Shown here: positions 1 to 9,259 of the stretch, in pieces
Position numbering within the stretch: the stretch's first letter is position 1
Layout: every line of letters begins with the position of its first letter
Source: Leptogorgia sarmentosa
Taxonomy: Eukaryota
Direction of reading: 5' to 3'
DNA: 64,000 nt
NCBI GenBank assembly: GCA_964658305.1
Contig: OZ210885.1
Span: 16,244,001 to 16,308,000 of the forward strand
Translations under genes and position numbers: made by a program
Notes under the pieces: generated by a model
Told to the model about the DNA's origin: nothing
The model's input: only the letters and a program-made list of their open reading frames with translations
Databases searched by the model: none

Positions 1-31
1 ACTACCTGGGAATACTTTGTGTTGTAGACTT
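1..31 (+). rRNA. 5S rRNA gene, 3' part (+90 to +120), cut by the window edge
   Basis: ACTACCTGGGAATACTTTGTGTTGTAGACTT matches the 3' end of the monomer's 5S sequence. Confidence 0.85.
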
Positions 32-137
32 GCTTCATTTTATTTTATGTGTGTTTGTAAATATAATTCCTTTCAATTTCAACTTCAGGGTTTTGTTATT
101 GTTACACGTTTAAAAAGTGTAACTTCCATCAACAAAT

Positions 138-257
138 GTCTACGACCGTACGAGTAGGAAAATACCGGTTCTCGTCTGATCACCGAAGTTAAGCCTAGGT
201 GGGCAACGTTAGTAGTTGGATGGGTGACCACCTGGGAATACTTTGTGTTGTAGACTT
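138..257 (+). pseudogene. 5S variant allele with A11G, C15G, A70C, C78G; probably non-functional; recurs throughout the array
   Basis: GACCGTACGAG...GGCAACGTTAGTAGTTGG. The substitutions break C15-G64, A70-U105 and C78-G98 without compensation. Confidence 0.65.
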
Positions 258-363
258 GCTTCATTTTGTTGCATGTGTGTTTGTAAGTAGGTTTGCTTTC
301 AATTTCAACTTCAGGGTTTTGTTATTGTTACACGTTTAAAAAGTGTAACTTCCATCAACAAAT

Positions 364-483
364 GTCTACGACCATACCAGTAGGAAAATACCGGTTCTCG
401 TCTGATCACCGAAGTTAAGCCTAGGTGGGCAAAGTTAGTACTTGGATGGGTGACTACCTGGGAATACTTTGTGTTGTAGACTT
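364..483 (+). rRNA. 5S rRNA gene, common T92 allele (representative)
   Basis: Full 120-nt 5S sequence; C92T leaves a G85-U92 wobble in helix IV. Confidence 0.85.
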
Positions 484-1041
484 GCTTCATTTTATTGTAG
501 GTGTGTTTGTAAATAGGTTTGCTTTCAATTTCAACTTCAGGGTTTTGTTATTGTTACACGTTTACAAAGTGTAACTTCCATCAACAAATGTCTACGACCA
601 TACCAGTAGGAAAATACCAGTTCTCTTCTGATCACCGAAGTTAAGCCTAGGTGGGAAAAGTTAGTACTTGGATGGGTGACCACCTGGGAATACTTTCTGT
701 TGTAGACTTGCTTCAGTTTGTTGTATGTGTGTTTGTAAGTAGGTTTGCTTTCAATTTCAACTTCAGGGTTTTGTTATTGTTACACGTTTAAAAAGTGTAA
801 CTTCCATCAACAAATGTCTACGACCATACCAGTAGGAAAATACCGGTTCTCGTCTGATCACCGAAGTTAAGCCTAGGTGGGCAAAGTTAGTACTTGGATG
901 GGTGACTACCTGGGAATACTTTGTGTTGTAGACTTGCTTCATTTTATTGTATGTGTGTTTGTAAATATCATTCCTTTCAATTTCAACTTCAGGGTTTTGT
1001 TATTGTTACACGTTTAAAAAGTGTAACTGCCATCAACAAAT

Positions 1042-1205
1042 GTCTACGACCATACCACTAGGAAAATACCGGTTCTCGTCTGATCACCGAAGTTAAGCCT
1101 AGGTGGGAAAAGTTAGTTCTCGTCTAATTACCGAAGTTAAGCCTAGGTGGGCAAAGTTAGTACTTGGATGGGTGACCACCTGGGAATACTTTGTGTTGTA
1201 GACTT
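1042..1205 (+). pseudogene. 5S gene with an internal 44-bp tandem duplication (+33..+76); 270-bp monomer (representative of 16)
   Basis: ...GGGAAAAGTTAGT|TCTCGTCTAATTACCGAAGTTAAGCCTAGGTGGGCAAAGTTAGT. The next gene starts at 1312, 270 bp later. Confidence 0.9.
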
Positions 1206-2222
1206 GCTTCATTTTGTTGTATGTGTGTTTGTAAGTAGGTTTGCTTTCAATTTCAACTTCAGGGTTTTGTTATTGTTACACGTTTAAAAAGTGTAACTTC
1301 CATCAACAAATGTCTACGAGCATACCAGTAGGAAAATACCGGTTCTCGTCTGATCACTGAAGTTAAGCCTAGGTGGGAAAAGTTAGTACTTGGATGGGTG
1401 ACCACCTGGCAATACTTTGTGTTGTAGACTTGCTTCATTTTATTGTATGTGTGTTTGTAAATAGGTTTGCTTTCAATTTCAACTTCAGGGTTTTGTTATT
1501 GTTACACGTTTAAAAAGTGTAACTTCCATCAACAAATGTCTACGACCATACCAGTAGGAAAATACCGGTTCTCGTCTGATCACCGAAGTTAAGCCTAGGT
1601 GGGCAAAGTTAGTACTTGGATGGGTGACTACCTGGGAATACTTTGTGTTGTAGACTTGCTTCATTTTATTGTATGTGTGTTTGTAAATATAATTCCTTTC
1701 AATTTCAATTTCAGGGTTTTGTTATTGTTACACGTTTAAAAAGTCTAACTTCCATCAACAAATGTCTACGACCATACCACTAGGAAAATACCTGTTCTCG
1801 TCTGATCACCGAAGTTAAGCCTAGGTGGGAAAAGTTAGTTCTCGTCTAATTACCGAAGTTAAGCCTAGGTGGGAAAAGTTAGTACTTGGATGGGTGACCA
1901 CCTGGGAATACTTTCTGTTGTAGACTTGCTTCATTTTGTTGTATGTGTGTTTGTAAGTAGGTTTGCTTTCAATTTCAACTTCAGGGTTTTGTTATTGTTA
2001 CACGTTTAAAAAGTGTAACTTCCATCAACAAATGTCTACGACCATACCAGTAGGAAAATACCGGTTCTCGTCTGATCACCGAAGTTAAGCCTAGGTGGGA
2101 AAAGTTAGTACTTGGATGGGTGACTACCTGGGAATACTTTGTGTTGTAGACTTGCTTCATTTTATTGTATGTGTGTTTGTAAATATAATTCCTTTCAATT
2201 TCAACTTCAGGGTTTTGTTATT

Positions 2223-2245
2223 GTTACACGTTTAAAAAGTGTAAC
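2223..2245 (+). promoter_or_regulatory. Upstream TATA-like element TTTAAAAA (-29..-22) inside the inverted repeat GTTACAC/GTGTAAC (representative; present in essentially every monomer)
   Basis: GTTACAC-GTTTAAAAA-GTGTAAC at -37..-15 from the gene start at 2260. The position matches the TATA-like elements near -30/-25 known for many 5S genes. Confidence 0.6.
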
Positions 2246-2259
2246 TTCCATCAACAAAT

Positions 2260-2379
2260 GTCTACGACCATACCAGTAGGAAAATACCGGTTCTCGTCTG
2301 ATCACCGAAGTTAAGCCTAGGTGGGCAAAGTTAGTACTTGGATGGGTGACCACCTGGGAATACTTTGTGTTGTAGACTT
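2260..2379 (+). rRNA. 5S rRNA gene, array consensus allele (representative)
   Basis: Conserved 5S motifs CCATACC, CCGGTTCTCGTCTGATCACCGAAGTTAAGC, GTTAGTACTTGGATGGGTGACC and CCTGGGAATAC. Helix I (1-9/110-118), III (27-32/45-52), IV and V pair when folded by hand. Confidence 0.93.
2309..2356 (+). promoter_or_regulatory. Pol III type 1 internal control region: Box A 2309-2323, intermediate element 2326-2331, Box C 2339-2356 (representative)
   Basis: AGTTAAGCCTAGGTG at +50..64 and TGGATGGGTGACCACCTG at +80..97, positioned by analogy to the Xenopus ICR. Confidence 0.8.
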
Positions 2380-2385
2380 GCTTCA

Positions 2386-2389
2386 TTTT
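2386..2389 (+). terminator. Pol III terminator T4 at +127..+130 (representative)
   Basis: GTAGACTT-GCTTCA-TTTT is the first run of four or more T after the gene. Confidence 0.65.
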
Positions 2390-5300
2390 ATTGTATGTGT
2401 GTTTGTAAATAGGTTTGCTTTCAATGTAAACTTCAGGGATTTTGTTATTGCTACATATGGAAATACTTTGTATTGTTGTTTTGCTAAATGTTATTTAATG
2501 CCTATTTGTAAATATAATTCCTTTCAATTTCAACTTCAGGGTTTTGTTATTGTTACACGTTTAAAAAGTGTAACTTCCATCAACAAATGTCTACGACCGT
2601 ACGAGTAGGAAAATACCGGTTCTCGTCTGATCACCGAAGTTAAGCCTAGGTGGGCAACGTTAGTAGTTGGATGGGTGACCACCTGGGAATACTTTGTGTT
2701 GTAGACTTGCTTCATTTTGTTGTATGTATGTGTGTTTGTAAGTAGGTTTGCTTTCAATTTCAACTTCAGGGTTTTGTTATTGTTACACGTTTAAAAAGTG
2801 TAACTTCCATCAACAAATGTCTACGACCATACCAGTAGGAAAATACCGGTTCTCGTCTGATCACCGAAGTTAAGCCTAGGTGGGCAAAGTTAGTACTTGG
2901 ATGGGTGACTACCTGGGAATACTTTGTGTTGTAGACTTGCTTCATTTTATTGTATGTGTGTTTGTAAATATAATTCCTTTCAATTTCAACTTCAGGGTTT
3001 TGTTATTGTTACACGTTTAAAAAGTGTAACTTCCATCAACAAATGTCTACGACCATACCACTAGGAAAATACCGGTTCTCGTCTGATCACCGAAGTTAAG
3101 CCTAGGTGGGAAAAGTTAGTTCTCGTCTAATTACCGAAGTTAAGCCTAGGTGGGCAAAGTTAGTACTTGGATGGGTGACCACCTGGGAATACTTTGTGTT
3201 GTAGACATGCTTCATTTTGTTGTATGTGTGTTTGTAAGTAGGTTTGCTTTCAATTTCAACTTCAGGGTTTTGTTATTGTTACACGTTTAAAAAGTGTAAC
3301 TTCCATCAACAAATGTCTACGAGCATACCAGTAGGAAAATACCGGTTCTCGTCTGATTACCGAAGTTAAGCCTAGGTGGGCAAAGTTAGTACTTGGATGG
3401 GTGACTACCTGGGAATACTTTGTGTTGTAGACTTGCTTCATTTTATTTTATGTGTGTTTGTAAATATAATTCCTTTCAATTTCAACTTCAGGGTTTTGTT
3501 ATTGTTACACGTTTAAAAAGTGTAACTTCCATCAACAAATGTCTACGACCGTACGAGTAGGAAAATACCGGTTCTCGTCTGATCACCGAAGTTAAGCCTA
3601 GGTGGGCAACGTTAGTAGTTGGATGGGTGACCACCTGGGAATACTTTGTGTTGTAGACTTGCTTCATTTTGTTGCATGTGTGTTTGTAAGTAGGTTTGCT
3701 TTCAATTTCAACTTCAGGGTTTTGTTATTGTTACACGTTTAAAAAGTGTAACTTCCATCAACAAATGTCTACGACCATACCAGTAGGAAAATACCGGTTC
3801 TCGTCTGATCACCGAAGTTAAGCCTAGGTGGGCAAAGTTAGTACTTGGATGGGTGACTACCTGGGAATACTTTGTGTTGTAGACTTGCTTCATTTTATTG
3901 TAGGTGTGTTTGTAAATAGGTTTGCTTTCAATTTCAACTTCAGGGTTTTGTTATTGTTACACGTTTACAAAGTGTAACTTCCATCAACAAATGTCTACGA
4001 CCATACCAGTAGGAAAATACCAGTTCTCTTCTGATCACCGAAGTTAAGCCTAGGTGGGAAAAGTTAGTACTTGGATGGGTGACCACCTGGGAATACTTTC
4101 TGTTGTAGACTTGCTTCAGTTTGTTGTATGTGTGTTTGTAAGTAGGTTTGCTTTCAATTTCAACTTCAGGGTTTTGTTATTGTTACACGTTTAAAAAGTG
4201 TAACTTCCATCAACAAATGTCTACGACCATACCAGTAGGAAAATACCGGTTCTCGTCTGATCACCGAAGTTAAGCCTAGGTGGGCAAAGTTAGTACTTGG
4301 ATGGGTGACTACCTGGGAATACTTTGTGTTGTAGACTTGCTTCATTTTATTGTATGTGTGTTTGTAAATATCATTCCTTTCAATTTCAACTTCAGGGTTT
4401 TGTTATTGTTACACGTTTAAAAAGTGTAACTGCCATCAACAAATGTCTACGACCATACCACTAGGAAAATACCGGTTCTCGTCTGATCACCGAAGTTAAG
4501 CCTAGGTGGGAAAAGTTAGTTCTCGTCTAATTACCGAAGTTAAGCCTAGGTGGGCAAAGTTAGTACTTGGATGGGTGACCACCTGGGAATACTTTGTGTT
4601 GTAGACTTGCTTCATTTTGTTGTATGTGTGTTTGTAAGTAGGTTTGCTTTCAATTTCAACTTCAGGGTTTTGTTATTGTTACACGTTTAAAAAGTGTAAC
4701 TTCCATCAACAAATGTCTACGAGCATACCAGTAGGAAAATACCGGTTCTCGTCTGATCACTGAAGTTAAGCCTAGGTGGGAAAAGTTAGTACTTGGATGG
4801 GTGACCACCTGGCAATACTTTGTGTTGTAGACTTGCTTCATTTTATTGTATGTGTGTTTGTAAATAGGTTTGCTTTCAATTTCAACTTCAGGGTTTTGTT
4901 ATTGTTACACGTTTAAAAAGTGTAACTTCCATCAACAAATGTCTACGACCATACCAGTAGGAAAATACCGGTTCTCGTCTGATCACCGAAGTTAAGCCTA
5001 GGTGGGCAAAGTTAGTACTTGGATGGGTGACTACCTGGGAATACTTTGTGTTGTAGACTTGCTTCATTTTATTGTATGTGTGTTTGTAAATATAATTCCT
5101 TTCAATTTCAATTTCAGGGTTTTGTTATTGTTACACGTTTAAAAAGTCTAACTTCCATCAACAAATGTCTACGACCATACCACTAGGAAAATACCTGTTC
5201 TCGTCTGATCACCGAAGTTAAGCCTAGGTGGGAAAAGTTAGTTCTCGTCTAATTACCGAAGTTAAGCCTAGGTGGGCAAAGTTAGTACTTGGATGGGTGA

Positions 5301-6311
5301 CCACCTGGGAATACTTTGTGTTGTAGACTTGCTTCATTTTGTTGTATGTGTGTTTGTAAGTAGGTTTCCTTTCAATTTCAACTTCAGGGTTTTGTTATTG
5401 TTACACGTTTAAAAAGTGTAACTTCCATCAACAAATGTCTACGAGCATACCAGTAGGAAAATACAGGTTCTCGTCTGATCACCGAAGTTAAGCCTAGGTG
5501 GGAAAAGTTAGTACTTGGATGGGTGACCACCTGGCAATACTTTGTGTTGTAGACTTGCTTCATTTTATTGTATGTGTGTTTGTAAATAGGTTTGCTTTCA
5601 ATTTAAACTTCAGGGTTTTGTTATTGTTACACGTTTAAAAAGTGTAACTTCCATCAACAAATGTCTACGACCATACCAGTAGGAAAATACCGGTTCTAGT
5701 CTGATCACCGAAGTTAAGCCTAGGTGGGCAAAGTTAGTACTTGGATGGGTGACTACCTGGGAATACTTTGTGTTGTAGACTTGCTTCATTTTATTGTATG
5801 TGTGTTTGTAAATATAATTCCTTTCAATTTCAACTTCAGGGTTTTGTTATTGTTACACGTTTAAAAAGTGTAACTTCCATCAACAAATGTCTACGACCAT
5901 ACCACTAGGAAAATACCGATTCTCGTCTGATCACCGAAGTTAAGCCTAGGTGGGAAAAGTTAGTACTTGGATGGGTGACCACCTGGGAATACTTTGTGTT
6001 GTAGATTTGCTTGATTTTATTGTATGTGTGTTTTTAAATAGGTTTGCTTTCAATTTCAACTTCAGGGTTTTGTTATTGTTACACGTTTAAAAAGTGTAAC
6101 TTCCATCAACAAATGTCTACGACCATACCAGTAGGAAAATACCGGTTCTAGTCTGATCACCGAAGTTAAGCCTAGGTGGGCAAAGTTAGTACTTGGATGG
6201 GTGACCACCTGGGAATACTTTGTGTTGTAGACTTGCTTCATTTTATTGTATGTGTGTTTGTAAATAGGTTTGCTTTCAATGTAAACTTCAGGGATTTTGT
6301 TATTGCTACAT

Positions 6312-6368
6312 CTGGAAATACTTTGTATTGTTGTTTTGCTAAATGTTATTTAATGCCTATTTGTAAAT
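6312..6368 (+). pseudogene. Decayed relic of the 5S 3' end (+95 onward) plus proximal spacer, within the 329-bp monomer (representative of 44)
   Basis: CTGGAAATACTTTGTATTGTTGTTTTGCTAAATGTTATTTAATGCCTATTTGTAAAT aligns without gaps to CTGGGAATACTTTGTGTTGTAGACTTGCTTCATTTTATTGTATGTGTGTTTGTAAAT at 44 of 57 positions. Confidence 0.9.
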
Positions 6369-9259
6369 ATAATTCCTTTCAATTTCAACTTCAGGGTTTT
6401 GTTATTGTTACACGTTTAAAAAGTGTAACTTCCATCAACAAATGTCTACGACCGTACGAGTAGGAAAATACCGGTTCTCGTCTGATCACCGAAGTTAAGC
6501 CTAGGTGGGTAAAGTTAGTACTTGGATGGGTGACCACCTGGGAATACTTTGTGTTGTAGACTTGCTTCATTTTATTGTATGTGTGTTTGTAAATAGGTTT
6601 GCTTTCAATTTCAACTTCAGGGTTTTGTTATTGTTACACGTTTAAAAAGTGTTACTTCCATCAACAAATGTCTACGACGATACCAGTAGGAAAATACCGG
6701 TTCTCGTCTGATCACCGAAGTTAAGCCTAGGTGGGCAAAGTTAGTACTTGGATGGGTGACTACCTGGGAATACTTTGTGTTGTAGACTTGCTTCATTTTA
6801 TTGTATGTGTGTTTGTAAATATAATTCCTTTCAATTTCAACTTCAGGGTTTTGTTATTGTTACACGTTTAAAAAGTGTAACTTCCATCAACAAATGTCTA
6901 CGACCATACCAGTAGGAAAATACCGGTTCTCGTCTGATCACCGAAGTTAAGCCTAGGTGGGAAAAGTTAGTACTTGGATGGGTGACCACCTGGGAATACT
7001 TTGTGTTGTAGACTTGGTTCGTTTTATTGTATGTGTGTTTTTAAATAGGTTTGCTTTCAATTTCAACTTCAGGGTTTTGTTATTGTTACACGTTTAAAAA
7101 GTGTAACTTCCATCAACAAATGTCTACGACCATACCAGTAGGAAAATACCGGTTCTCGTCTGATCACCGAAGTTAAGCCTAGGTGGGCAAAGTTAGTACT
7201 TGGATGGGTGACTACCTGGGAATACTTTGTGTTGTAGACTTGCTTCATTTTATTGTAGGTGTGTTTGTAAATAGGTTTGCTTTCAATTTCAACTTCAGGG
7301 TTTTGTTATTGTTACACGTTTACAAAGTGTAACTTCCATCAACAAATGTCTACGACCATACCAGTAGGAAAATACCAGTTCTCTTCTGATCACCGAAGTT
7401 AAGCCTAGGTGGGAAAAGTTAGTACTTGGATGGGTGACCACCTGGGAATACTTTCTGTTGTAGACTTGCTTCATTTTGTTGTATGTGTGTTTGTAAGTAG
7501 GTTTGCTTTCAATTTCAACTTCAGGGTTTTGTTATTGTTACACGTTTAAAAAGTGTAACTTCCATCAACAAATGTCTACGACCATACCAGTAGGAAAATA
7601 CCGGTTCTCGTCTGATCACCGAAGTTAAGCCTAGGTGGGAAAAGTTAGTACTTGGATGGGTGACTACCTGGGAATACTTTGTGTTGTAGACTTGCTTCAT
7701 TTTATTGTATGTGTGTTTGTAAATATAATTCCTTTCAATTTCAACTTCAGGGTTTTGTTATTGTTACACGTTTAAAAAGTGTAACTTCCATCAACAAATG
7801 TCTACGACCATACCAGTAGGAAAATACCGGTTCTCGTCTGATCACTGAAGTTAAGCCTAGGTGGGCAAAGTTAGTACTTGGATGGGTGACCACCTGGGAA
7901 TACTTTGTGTTGTAGACTTGCTTCATTTTATTGTATGTGTGTTTGTAAATAGGTTTGCTTTCAATGTAAACTTCAGGGATTTTGTTATTGCTACATATGG
8001 AAATACTTTGTATTGTTGTTTTGCTAAATGTTATTTAATGCCTATTTGTAAATATAATTCCTTTCAATTTCAACTTCAGGGTTTTGTTATTGTTACACGT
8101 TTAAAAAGTGTAACTTCCATCAACAAATGTCTACGACCGTACGAGTAGGAAAATACCGGTTCTCGTCTGATCACCGAAGTTAAGCCTAGGTGGGCAACGT
8201 TAGTAGTTGGATGGGTGACCACCTGGGAATACTTTGTGTTGTAGACTTGCTTCATTTTGTTGTATGTATGTGTGTTTGTAAGTAGGTTTGCTTTCAATTT
8301 CAACTTCAGGGTTTTGTTATTGTTACACGTTTAAAAAGTGTAACTTCCATCAACAAATGTCTACGACCATACCAGTAGGAAAATACCGGTTCTCGTCTGA
8401 TCACCGAAGTTAAGCCTAGGTGGGCAAAGTTAGTACTTGGATGGGTGACTACCTGGGAATACTTTGTGTTGTAGACTTGCTTCATTTTATTGTATGTGTG
8501 TTTGTAAATAGGTTTGCTTTCAATTTCAACTTCAGGGTTTTGTTATTGTTACACGTTTAAAAAGTGTAACTTCCATCAACAAATGTCTACGACCATACCA
8601 GTAGGAAAATACCGGTTCTCGTCTGATCACTGAAGTTAAGCCTAGGTGGGAAAAGTTAGTACTTGGATGGGGGACCACCTGGGAATACTTTGTGTTGTAG
8701 ACTTGCTTCATTTTATTGTATGTGTGTTTGTAAATAGGTTTGCTTTCAATTTCAACTTCAGGGTTTTGTTATTGTTACACGTTTAAAAAGTGTAACTTCC
8801 ATCAACAAATGTCTACGACCATACCAGTAGGAAAATACCGGTTCTCGTATGATCACCGAAGTTAAGCCTAGGTGGGCAAAGTTAGTACTTGGATGGGTGA
8901 CCACCTGGGAATACTTTGTGTTGTAGACTTGCTTCATTTTGTTGTATGTGTGTTTGTAAGTAGGTTTGCTTTCAATTTCAACTTCAGGGTTTTGTTATTG
9001 TTACACGTTTAAAAAGTGTAACTTCCATCAACAAATGTCTATGACCATACCAATAGGAAAATACCGGTTCTCGTCTGATCACCGAAGTTAGGCCTAGGTG
9101 GGCAAAGTTAGTACTTGGATGGGTGACTACCTGGCAATACTTTGTGTTGTAGACTTGCTTCATTTTATTGTATGTGTGTTTGTAAATAGGTTTGCTTTCA
9201 ATTTCAACTTCAGGGTTTTGTTATTGTTACACGTTTAAAAAGTGTAACTTCCATCAACA

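Larger units (their letters stand above)
1..5275 (+). repeat. Higher-order duplication, offset 3403 bp (about 1-1870 vs about 3404-5275)
   Basis: Rare markers recur 3403 bp apart: CTTCAGTTTG (711/4114), TATCATTCC, AACTGCCATC, TTGCATGTG; 270-bp units at 1042/4445 and 1764/5167. Confidence 0.9.

Noticed and set aside
71..90. TTTCAATTTCAACTTCAG|GG as a splice acceptor
   Set aside because: More simply a degenerate 6-bp microrepeat (TTTCAA TTTCAA CTTCAG); there is no exon or gene context.
2287..2338. Cluster of 6-bp palindromes (ACCGGT, TGATCA, CCTAGG, AGTACT) as a regulatory code
   Set aside because: These are mostly ordinary parts of the 5S sequence; they are useful only as restriction sites for ladder digests.
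2260..2379. Species or phylum assignment from the 5S sequence
   Set aside because: The motif CCGGTTCTCGTC.GATCACCGAAGTTAAGC suggests an invertebrate animal, but the sequence is too divergent to place without a database search.
2380..2588. Spliced-leader RNA or snRNA gene linked to 5S in the spacer or long insert (AG|GT in AAATAGGT; Sm-like GATTTTGT)
   Set aside because: 5S-SL linkage is known in several taxa, but the insert is fully explained as a decayed monomer, the Sm-like motif is imperfect, and I recognised no leader sequence or SL stem-loops. An Rfam scan and a check of mRNA 5' ends would settle it.
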